Below, piece by piece: positions 22,058-32,742 of a DNA stretch of 46,945 bases. The position numbers were made by a program, and so were the translations under genes. The stretch covers positions 1 through 46,945 of the forward strand of contig JAAPAO010000250.1 of the NCBI GenBank assembly GCA_013115145.1, written 5' to 3'. Source of the DNA: Perkinsus chesapeaki ATCC PRA-425 (Eukaryota > Protista > Perkinsozoa). Below the pieces are notes generated by a model. The model saw only the letters and a program-made list of their open reading frames with translations. It had not been told where the DNA came from and ran no database searches. Position 1 is the first letter of the stretch. Every line of letters starts with the position of its first letter.

Positions 22058-23469
22058 ATGGCCGGAACAGAATCACCATCCCCGCTGAATGACCAAAGGG
22101 GTCTGTTGGTAGAAGCAACCTTGCCATCATCCAGTCCAAGGCCTCGTATAGTTGCTATTGACGTGATGCGTGGTGGAGTAATGGCACTCATGCTGGTGAG
22201 AACGACGACCTCCTTTTGCATCCATGTCATTATCAGATTGTAGATGTATGTGGTAAAGTTATGCCTAGTATTGGTCATGCTAAATGGAACGGCTTCCATC
22301 TGGCTGATATAGTCATGCCTGGCTTCATATTCGTAAGAACGTTTCCCGCACTCCGCGTAAAACCAGAAAAAGAGCCGATTGCCTCTTTCCACTCCAAGCC
22401 CCTCGGTTTCTATCCTTCCCCACTTTAGCGCTTTGCAGCGTCCCATCTGTGAGCTCAGGTCGTCGGAGCCAGCATAGGAGTAGCGTCATCTCCCCCCTCG
22501 TCCTCTAGAGTGGTATCCCGCTTCTTTAAGCTCTTCGCCTTGGGGGTACTCATCCAGGGACGGTGGATACCACAGGTAGGGTTAGTTCCTCTTCAAACTG
22601 CTGCCCCATGCTGTTGCATTCAGATTGGCACTCTCACTGTCGGTTTGGATCTCTACACCGTCCGAATTCTCGGTATCCTTCAGCGAATCGCTATATGCTA
22701 TGTATCCGGTATTGGCCTTCAGAAGCTGGTCCTCCCCGTCCCTGAGGGCAACACCGTGGCGATTGTCTGTAAACGTTACCGCAGGGTCTTTTCTCTAGGA
22801 TGCCTCTCCGTCGTAGTCAACTGGTTACTAATGCTCATTGGCCCCCAACCTGACGGGTGCCCTCGAGGTTCGCTAACACCGGAGTGCAACACTGCCTCCT
22901 ATATTGACCGGCTCATCCTTGGCGATGAGCATATGTACAATCCTATATATGATCCAGAGGGCATCCTCAGTACCTTGCCCACAGTGGCCACAGTAGTGCT
23001 TGGTATGGCCTGTGGGAGCCTGATTAAGTCACAGCCTTCCCACCATGAGCTACTCTGGCTTATACTGTACGGTGCTCTCTTGTCTGTAGCTGGAACAAGC
23101 CTCGGTCTGGTCGTGCCAATCAACAAAGCCCTGTGGACCCCCTCCTACTCCCTTATAACTGCGGGCATCTGTATTGCCTCCGTCGGCCTCCTTGCCCTTG
23201 GGGTAGCCGACAGGGCGATGATGGGTCCCTTAAAGTGGCTTGGTATGAATGCCATCCTCTTCTTTTGCCTGAGTGACTGTAGTGGGCTGTTCTCCTGCCT
23301 ACTGGGGAGTGTCTATTGGGCAGATCCCCAGACTGGCAACTTCCTCTATGTGCTCTCCAAAGGGTATACCCTACCCGCGGTCATGCTCATTTACACCATA
23401 CTGGAACTCGCTCTGTGGATACTCATTTGCCGTTGGCTTTTTAATAAAAGGATTTTTATAACGATATGA
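22058..23469 (+). CDS. HGSNAT: Heparan-alpha-glucosaminide N-acetyltransferase (HGSNAT/NagX family), multi-exon
   Basis: Motifs RIVAIDVMRG, HAKWNGFHLADIVMPGFIF, GILQRIA, CNTASYIDRLILG, DPEGILSTL, PINKALWTPSY, GMNAI; many TM segments. Confidence 0.9.
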
Positions 23470-23601
23470 TTCTATGTAAAATTACTGTACCTTTCTCCTT
23501 TTCTTTTAAGCAATGGTTTGTGTTTGTCACCAGCCGTATGATCGTAAAAAACAAACTGCGGAGCCGAAACGACTCGCTGCCCTTGGTTGTCCGTCCTGTG
23601 A

Positions 23602-25238
23602 ATGTCGGAGCTCGATAACTCGCCACAGTCCGAGGAGAATGAGGAAACATCTGAAGCAGGGTCACTGCTTGACATCATCTCCAATGGAAAAGAGGAATCT
23701 TCAAGCGAGGTTGATGATGGTGATGAGTACAATGAAGAAGAGGATGATGATGACTATGATGATTCTGGAAGTGGGTTCACATTTACTAATTCATATTATA
23801 GACATACAGTACTCGATTTATACGGCAACTTACTAACACATAAGAAGGACTTAAGCATTCTCGGCCTTGGACTATAAGCTCACATAGGCGTCATGCCGAA
23901 CGCGAACGGTTTGACAGTCGATTTATTTCAGAATAAAATGCGTAACCTAGACGATGGATACTGTTACAGTGTTACTGTTGTTCATGGATAGTCCGTAGCT
24001 ATTAAGAGCTATTGTATGACAGGCTCCTCTGGAGAATATACCGGCAGTGTATCAAGCGATAGGTCAGCATCATCATCTTCAACAGGAAAAGAGGAGCTAG
24101 CTGAAGCCTTTGCTGGTGCACAGGAGGCGGAGAACACCATCAAGGAGGCTGGTAGAGCGGAAACTCATCGGAGTGCCCACTACCACCTCTTCAGAGCGTG
24201 CGCTGTCCACGGCGTTAGAGAGGCTTCGTGCCATGCAAGAACGAGCGGTCACTGCAGAGGAAACCTTGGACAAGTTCAAAACAGAAATGGAAAATGTGAC
24301 CTCTAAAATATCTTAGGTCTCAGAGCTAAGATATGTTTAGGAACGCTTGGACCGGGAACGGGAGACCCAGGGTCACTTGGAGGAACTTCGGAAGGCGAGA
24401 GAGGCTGAGGAGAGGGCGCGAGCAGAGGTAAGTGAATCCCCAGTGAGAACCCAGTAAAGTGTTTCAGGTGGAGGAGTTGGCAGCTTCACAGAAGTCATCT
24501 GGTGACGCTGAAGAAGATAAGCGCAACGCAGAAGTGCTGCGTCGGCGAGTGGAGGAATGGGAGGCTTGGTGAGCGGAAGGGGGTACACGAGTGGGGAGAA
24601 GCGGCGCTGTGGTTTTAGGTACCGCCAGAACTATGAGCATTCCTTAGGAGTGGTACAGACCAAGATTGAAAGTTTAAAGGCCACCTGGGACAAGTCGCTC
24701 CGAGATCTAGGGGGGAGCTCGCTGGCAGATCTCGAAAGGGTGATGGAAGATGCCCGAAGGTCGGTGCTGTTATGAGGCGGTACGACTGTTATCCTCCAAT
24801 GTAGATCGGAGAAGCTGATGGCTGGAAGACACGGTCGAAGAGTGACGGATTCGGAGGCATGCCTGGCGACTCTCAATGACTTCAAAATGCAACTGGTTTT
24901 GCGGTGAGCTCATTTCCCTGTCACTTATAAAAGGAGCGGTATCGGCTGTTGCTCTTCAGGCATGGAAGCTTGACAAAGGCATGGAGTCGCAGTCTCGATG
25001 TGGAAGGGGAAGGCAGGATACCTTTCACCAAGTTCTGTCGAACGGCCCGAGAGGTTAGTGGACTAGTGTCATATTACTTGTAGTTCTCTGTGAATGCCAC
25101 CACTGCTGATGGCCACTGGTCAGTCGTTATTGGTAGTGTTGTGTAAACTCAAAGCGTGACATGCAGAGGTTCACGGGTTTTGTGGTTAAGGAGTGCCGTT
25201 TGGGAAACAACAAGATTAGGATCGAACTCGAGTGCTAA
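23602..25238 (+). CDS. Hypothetical acidic/coiled-coil protein, multi-exon
   Basis: Acidic start MSELDNSPQSEE. Exon peptides ERALSTALERLRAMQERAVTAEETLDKFK and IESLKATWDKSLRDL, GT-AG boundaries, TAA at 25236-25238. Confidence 0.5.
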
Positions 25239-25285
25239 GCGAACCTTCTTCGTGAACCTTTCGTCGGATTGATGATATCGCAGAA

Positions 25286-25358
25286 TAGTCCCGGCGAGGG
25301 TCGAACTCACGACCTATGGCTCATAAGACCATCGCTCTAACCACTGAGCTACAGGACC
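25286..25358 (-). tRNA. trnI-TAT: tRNA-Ile(TAT), identical to 18784..18856
   Basis: Reverse complement is 73/73 identical to the + strand copy. Confidence 0.95.
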
Positions 25359-25399
25359 AACTATTATATTAAGTTAACAATATTTCAGTGCATCTTTCA

Positions 25400-27622
25400 C
25401 TAAGTGTTTCCAAGTGATTAAATTGAGCCGCGGACTGTCGTACTAGCGGGCTATCTCAGATCGGCCATCCCTCGGACCACTCAAACTCATCAACTAGTAT
25501 CATGACCCTACCCATCACTCCCGCTTTTAGATTGGATTCGCCGGCAGTGTTCAACAACTATGGCGTCAGTTAGACTTCCGAAAGACGGGCTTCATTAGCC
25601 TCTCCTCTCTTGATGAGGTATCCGGCCACAAGGTTCAACGCTTCCGCCAAGCTCTTATTGACAAGTAAGCGCTCGAGCTCCCCGGGTTCTCACGATTGTC
25701 GCGCAGGTTTGGAAGCTTGCCAGAGGGCTGGGGCGCCGCCTTGGATACCACTGCGGCTGGCGTAGTTGAGACATCCCAGTTTTCTCAGCGTTGCCGTGAA
25801 AGCCTTGAAATGAGTGATGGAAGGTATGATGCTGTGTTAGGTTACAGCGATGTTGATGATCTATAATGTAGGGAGATAGCTTCCGTACTGGACCTGGAGA
25901 AGAGCGGGGTGGTGACACTAGAGGACCTGGACCCTCCGGCATTCGAAAAATGGTTGCGTGATCCTGCTGTTGGTCGGGCCTCGGTAAGAGCACTGTAGTA
26001 CCAAATTTCCTATAGATGTGCATTTGTCAGGGACGTGTACCCTTTAAGCTTTTCCAGCGATTGGCACGGCATAGTCGGATCGACCCAGCGGAAATGAAGC
26101 CCGAAGCCTTCTCTCCGTCCAGGGGCCCTATCAAGCTGTTGGCTCAGCTACGAAGAGACTACGGTATCCACTAAACGGTCATCAAAGGTCTCAGTGTTCA
26201 TCAGGCACTCTCGGCCGAGCCTGGTCTACGGTCATCGACCCTCAAGCCCGAGGGTGCATCCCGTTTCTCGAGTTTGCCAGATTCTATCGAGCAGTGGGTC
26301 AGAGGGGGCCGGTTAAGAAACTGTGGCTGCGACTCGGAGGTAGGGACTGTGCGAGGCGCTGATGTTAAGATTCCTTGTACTCAGCGGGGGCTGGACCACT
26401 CCGACTTGAACATATCGACCCCGACGCTGCAGCTCTGATAGAAGATTTCAAAGGAGCTCTCCGACGGACAACAGGCTCCCTGGGGACCGCGGTAAGCGAG
26501 GAAACGCCTACCAATTGATGAAGTGCCTTGCCTTAGTGGCGCAAAATTATCGATCCCAAGGAGATCGGTAGAGTGACATGGGTGCAGTGGCACCAAACTC
26601 TGCGTCCTGCTCGGGGCAGTTGCTCTCTCCCAGCCAGATTTAACGATGCGGAGGTCAGACTGCCATGCGGAATGCTATAATGAATCCATCAGATTCGTGA
26701 ACTTTTTAACCTGTTTGACCCGGAAGGGTGCGGCTATATAACTCTCGAAGATGTGGACCGTGAAGAGTTCCAGGACGGCATTCGATCGAGGCAGCCTTCC
26801 TTCAGTAAGGGGACATAATCGCCAATGGCAACTGTTAGCGCTCTCGGCAGGTGTTCAGGCCTCCGACTACCACGCAAAAACTGTCAATTTCTTGTCTGCG
26901 ACTTCGATTTCCCCACCACTGGCCCTCGACGATGAGCACGAGATGTACCCAGTTGAGATCTTAAAACATATTTTGATAGAGAAGTTCGGCAGTGTTGCGA
27001 GGGTATCGTGCTGCTCATCAACTTAGCAGCTTTTGAGCGGACTTCTTTTATTAGGCCTGGATACAATGCCTCGACAGCAGCGGTGCAATGAAGGTGGAAT
27101 ATCTTCCCTTCTGTGGGGTATTGACCGCACTTGGGTTCCCAGGTAGGGTATATGGATCGCCTGAGCTATCAGAGAGGTTACTCAGGCAAACTCAAGCAAT
27201 TGTGGGTGGACATAGGGGAGCTTAAAGACGCCAGCATCTGTCTACAAGCTGTTGATCCGGGGGTCACGCGTCGACCTAAGATACGTCGCCGAGCTCTCTT
27301 GTGGTTTCAGGCTTTTGAACTCATCATGAGATTCCGGCAAGGTGTCCGAATAAAGCATGGGCTTCTCGCGAAGGCGGTAGGTCGCTCCTAATGGTATGTA
27401 CCCACATGTTCCCCTCAGTGGGCCGCATGCCTCAACCCAGATGATCAGGGCCGAGTCAGCCCGGATGTATTTGTCGATCAGTGTGCTAGTTCTGAGCTCC
27501 TCGACAACTTCAATGCATCTGATGCTAACCTACTCCTTGGTATGTTGCGCTTGGACAGCACTGAGAGCCTCGCCATCACGGAAGTAGCCGTGACCTCCTA
27601 CTGCCCCGGTGATGAGCGCTAA
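25400..27622 (+). CDS. EF-hand-like repeat protein, multi-exon (ends approximate)
   Basis: Repeated units GFAGSVQQLWRQLDFRKTGFISLSSLDE, FNLFDPEGCGYITLEDVD, ILIEKFGSVAR|AW..CLD, LWVDIGELKDASICLQAVDP. Confidence 0.5.
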
Positions 27623-27745
27623 TTCCTCTCAGTTGGACCCTCGAGCGATGGACTCCTTCAAAGAGTGGCGACAAAAGCTTCAAGGCTGACATGTTCAACC
27701 ATTTATCAACAACCGTTGTGCGTCAGGGAGTTGTCGAGTTTAAAG

Positions 27746-27808
27746 TGCAACATGCCGGGATCGAACCCGAGATCTCCCGAACTACGATAGCGCAAACCAC
27801 GAAAATGC
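27746..27808 (-). pseudogene. tRNA-Gly-like relic retaining a B box, upstream of and antisense to dyskerin
   Basis: GCATTTTCGTGGTT...CGGGAGATCTCGGGTTCGATCCCGGCATGTTGCA resembles the 5' and 3' ends of eukaryotic tRNA-Gly. Only 63 nt; D and anticodon arms lost. Confidence 0.4.
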
Positions 27809-27963
27809 AGAACAAAAATCGCTTCGCTCCGCCTTCGAATTCGCTTGCGTTCCCTTTTCGCTCTTCTTTGAAAGCAGCTCACCGGCGTGTGTGAGTTGCT
27901 ATATTAATATTGGATTATTATCTGGTGAGGTCTCCCCTCTTATTTAGTGTTGCTGCAACTAGT

Positions 27964-29994
27964 ATGGCTAAGACTAAGAAGGAGACTGCTGCCACCACCG
28001 CTGAGGTCACTACTGCTGATGCTCAGAAATCCACGGAATGCATGATAAAGCCTTCCAGCATTAGCCCTCCGATCGATACATCGAAGTGGCCCCTTTTGCT
28101 GAAGAACTATGACAGGCTAAATGTGCGTACCGGACACTATACTCCTTTGCCATTCGGCTGCTCCCCTCTTAATCGGTAAGGCCAACCGTGGTGGGTGACG
28201 CAGCTATATTGACACTCCTTATCGACTCCTTAACTATGTTGATAAGGAGCAATAGTCTCGGGACATCCCTATGTCTAGTAGAGTAGCTCTATAACGGTCA
28301 TATTGGTATTTTTGCAGCCCCCTCGACCAGCATTTGCTCTACGGTGTCTGTAACCTCGATAAGCCAGTGAACCCCTCCTCCCACGAGGTTGTTGCCTGGA
28401 TCAAACGCATCCTCAAATGTGAGAAGACTGGGCATTCCGGTACTCTGGATCCTAAGGTGAGATCTCTCCTTCCCACCTTTAGTCATTCGATGACGCTCCT
28501 CAGGTCTCCGGCTGCCTCCTTGTGTGCCTCAATAGGGCCACTCGTCTAGTTAAGGCTCAACAAGGCGCAGGAAAAGAGTAAGCAGTATGAGGAAGGATAT
28601 TCTTGTCATTGTATTCATAAGGTACGTCTGTGTCGTCCGCTTCCACGCTGATCCCGGTGGAGAGGCTGCCGTCACCCGCGCCTTGGACCAACTCACTGGT
28701 GCCCTTTTCCAGAGGCCTCCAGTCATCGCTGGTAGGTCTACGTCTCAACCTATCTAGTTGTGCACTGTGTTTTCTATAGCTGTAAAGCGTCAACTTCGTA
28801 TTCGTACCATTTACTGGTCTAAGCTCCTGGACTATGATGAAGAGAAGCACATGGCTGTCTTCCACGTCTCCTGCGAGGCTGGTAAGCCCCCCTCCTCCTC
28901 CTCCTTCTCCCCGCCACGCTTTATCATTGCCTCTAAGGTACCTATATCCGTACCCTTTGTGTCCACATGGGCCTCCTCCTCGGTGTTGGTGCCCATATGC
29001 AGGAGCTCAGACGTGTTAGATCTGGTAACCTCGGTGAGCAGGATCAGCTCGTCACCATGCACGATCTCCTCGATGCTCAGTAAGTCCTTTTGGTGATAGC
29101 CCCTTTATCGCACTTCCCATTGACAGATACGTCTATGAGAGCAGTAGGTCCGAGGAGTACCTCAGACGCACCATCATGCCTCTCGGTAGGCCCCTTCCAT
29201 CTGCTGCTCCTTGTCGACGCGTTGTTCTTTAGAGCGCATCCTCGTTACTTACCCCCGTATCGTGCTCAAGGACTCCGCAGTCAACGCTGTCTGCTACGGT
29301 GCCAAATTGATGGTCGTTGGTGTAAGCAACAGAAACCCATTACACTCAACAGTTATGTCGTCTCCCACAGGTCCTCCGGTTCGAGAACGGCATCGAGGTT
29401 GGCAAGGACTGTGTGTTGATGACCACCAAGGGCGAGGCTGTGGCCCTGGGCATTGCTCAGATGACTACCGCTGTCATCGCCAGTGTTGACCATGGTGAGA
29501 TCTCACCTGTGAATTGCCGGCCTGTGGCATTTTGCCTTCTGCTGCCTTTAGGTTGCGTGGCTACCATCAAGCGTGTCATCATGGAGCGTGATACCTACGA
29601 CTCTCGCTGGGGTTATGGTCCTAGAGCCTCCGAAAAGAAGAAGCTTATCCTCAACGGAAAGCTGGACGAGAAGGGAAGGCCCAACGAGAACACCCCTGAG
29701 GCCTGGTTGAAGCACGAGGGTATGGTCCCCAAGCTCACCGGCGCCCCCGCTGCTGAGAAACAGGAGAAGGAAGAGTCTCCCGATGAGGAGGAGGAAGTTC
29801 CCGTTAAGAAAGGTAAGGGTGTGATGATGGTAACGTTTGGATTGGTTTGGTGTTTAGAGAAGAAGAAGCATCATAAGAAGCGTGCTGCTGAGGAGGTTGA
29901 GGAAGCCGCCGAGGAGGAGGAGGAGGCATCTGATAAGAAGAAGAAAAAGAAGAAGTCAAAGCATCATCATCATAACGATGAGGATGAGGCTTAA
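27964..29994 (+). CDS. CBF5: Dyskerin / Cbf5, H/ACA snoRNP pseudouridine synthase, multi-exon
   Basis: [25 protein letters not shown]; [25 protein letters not shown]; catalytic GHSGTLDPK; [18 protein letters not shown]; [16 protein letters not shown]; Lys/Glu-rich tail. Confidence 0.98.
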
Positions 29995-30364
29995 GAACCC
30001 TTTGTGGTCTTCTTTTCCTTATTTGCGGCTCCAGTGTCGTCGCTAACGTAAACTTCATTACCTTAAGCAGCGGATATTCCTTTCACGTCAAGCCAAGAAC
30101 TAGTTCCACTTACTACATTTACTGGTACAGCAATAATAGTAGGAATACTGTTATATAAAGCAACATCATCATCATTGTAAGTAACATCAATCAACAACGG
30201 TCTATTAGAGGTGGTCTCATTTACCAATATCGTTGGTGACTAATGGCGATTATTGTTGACGGTTTCTTCAATGTTTGATGACATCAATCTGTGTTGCGTT
30301 GTTAAGTGTTAGTAGAGTAAAGGGTACATCCCAAGAAAGGAGGAGACGGCTGATTGATACAATA

Positions 30365-30594
30365 CAAGATAAAGCTTTATGATACTTTAGACATCCCAAG
30401 ATAAAGCTTTATGATACTTTAGACATCCCAAGATAAAGCTTTATGAGACTTTAGACATCCCAAGATAAAGCTTTATGAGACTTTAGACATCCTAAGATAT
30501 AGCTTTATGAGACTTTAGACATCCTAAGATAAAGCTTTATGAGACTTTAGACATCCTAAGATAAAGCTTTATGATACTTTAGACATCACAAGAT
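30365..30594. repeat. Minisatellite: 7 full copies of a 32-bp unit plus a partial copy
   Basis: Unit CAAGATAAAGCTTTATGA(T/G)ACTTTAGACATCC starts at 30365, 30397, 30429, 30461, 30493, 30525, 30557 and (partial) 30589. No spacers. Confidence 0.97.
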
Positions 30595-31494
30595 GAAATC
30601 ACGCAGCCGCTGATTCAGATGGTACTCCACCGACCCAGGACCAGCCTCCTCTAATCAGTTGATTGTAATATCGTATCAGTCCAGGTGAGATCAGCCGCCG
30701 GAGAATCTTTTATCGAATGTTATGAAGTAATCAATCTAAAGTTTGCTCTTGTCACGTTCCACCAGCTGCGCATTGTGACCAAATATGCCACACTTTCTCA
30801 GTATGAACATCCACAGAGCGCTCCAACTCGGAGCCTCCAACGCTAAATCCCGTATTAGGCATTTCCTGCCTGAAAACCCGCTCAGGAATTCAAAGCATGG
30901 TCAATGGAAAGCATTAGAGATTGTAAGCGTTGAGGACCCGCAGACAGGCTACGACTGAGAGTTAGAAGGCAGCCACTCAGTGCGGCATCGTGGGATGCTA
31001 TTAACGTCTTTAAAACATTCTCTCCGACGGGAAGCCCTAGTATATGGTGCTATCTGCAACAAACGTGCCGGGAGGTGGCTAGCATGGATGGAAGCTCGCA
31101 CCGTTTCAACTGAGTAAAGGCGGCTCCCTTGAATTCGCGCCCTGATTTATATGTTTTTTGAAGTGGAGCTTTTGGCCCTCTCGAATACTTTTCGATGCAG
31201 AGACCAGATTCACGACCGCCTTCTGAACTGATGACGAAACGTCGTTCTGGTGGCAACCCTTTGGATTTGGATCAATACAATGTATAGGAAGATGAGGGTT
31301 GATAATCCGCTTGTCACGGATATCGCGTCACTGACAGTGATGGTCACGATTCAAGAGTCATGTCGCAAGCTATTAGAACTGGTATTGAGGGTAGAGATTT
31401 TTCTGAGGACCATCGGCCGCGGCCGAGTCCTCAGGTTCTATACTGCCTCTATCCTTGCTGCTCTATAGTTGTCCTGTAACCTCCCCCTCGTTCC

Positions 31495-32640
31495 ATGGTA
31501 TCCATCTATCTTTATCATTTCATTGCCCTCCTAGTTGTACTCCCAATAAAGGGAAACTATCCCGTGGGAACGATTACATATAGGAATTACACTCAAGGAG
31601 ATGTATTCCGTAAGAGATACGATTATTTCTTCCAAGATTGCGCCGGCAATTTTTATACCTTTCCCTGTTATGTGGCAGTTGCGGGTGAGCACGTAAGATT
31701 TGATCCCCTATTGTAGGGGTCCTGCCTAATGACTTAATTCAAATTCCCTTGTTCAGGATGTCGTTGAATACGTCGGGCTCAAAGTGGAGAACGATTGGAT
31801 CGTTCTTGTCAAAGCTGATGTGGTAGGCATTCAGCGCATTGATGGAGCTTTGCCCTTCTTATCAACTTAACAATGAAGTCTTATTGGATTTGATTCATTC
31901 AATGCCCATTCGTTACTGTGCATTACATGCTTATCTTACTCTATTATCACTATTATGTTTCCCTGAAGATGCTCAAGTAGAGAGGAACCCATAACTTTTT
32001 TCAGAATAAAGTCGACGCCGCCAATGGTACTACTACGGAGCATATCCTGGAGTATGTCATTCAAACAACGGTAAAAGTCATTTCTAAGGAAGAATGGTTC
32101 GATTCCCGATATTCTCTCCATAGGAGTCTTTCAGGCCAAGGTCCCCAGTATTCGCGGGTTGTTTATACAAGACTACAACGTGCAAGAGTCAGACCCTGAA
32201 ATCTACAAGGACCTACACTTCAACTTGAATTGGCGTGAGCTCGGACAATGCCCGACGGGCATCACTTGCGTGGACGAGGTTCGGTGACGTTCTCTCCCTT
32301 AGATGTGGGAAGAATAGCCCTCTACAATTACGCTTACTAATGACAGTCCCCAAAAACAACTTCAAAGGCCATCACCTGTAGGGTAAGAAACAATCGGGCT
32401 TAAAGGCTGCTTTCGTGTGTAGATCCTAAGCTGGGCTTATGTACACCATATCACGACAGGACAGAATTGTCTTAGCCGTCACTGCCTGGACAAATCAACA
32501 AGTAGAGTATTATGTATACACGCCCTTTGTTCATGCGTGCTGTTGGGTAATAACCCGTTCCTTAGAGTTCACACATTGGTGTGAGTGGTACCCATCCTCT
32601 ACACATCTCTACTACAAAGATGAACTATTGCGTTGAACCA
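31495..32640 (+). CDS. Hypothetical secreted protein, multi-exon (3' end uncertain)
   Basis: Hydrophobic leader MVSIYLYHFIALLVVLPIKG, donor after ..VAVAGEH (GTAAG), later exon peptides such as DVVEYVGLKVENDWIVLVKADV and DYNVQESDPEIYKDLHFNLNW. Confidence 0.45.
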
Positions 32641-32742
32641 TTAACGGGAGAGAGATGTCATACTGTTGTTTCTCGAAAGTGTGATGTACATCAATGCTTG
32701 TCCTGCTTTACCAAGTATCCCTGAAGTTAACACTCTAAAGGG

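Noticed and set aside
30365-30594. CRISPR array
   Set aside because: Units are head-to-tail with no unique spacers, the context is eukaryotic and there are no cas genes.
30600-31460. Possible minus-strand multi-exon gene
   Set aside because: Some coding-like fragments, but I could not build a consistent splice model or recognise a family.
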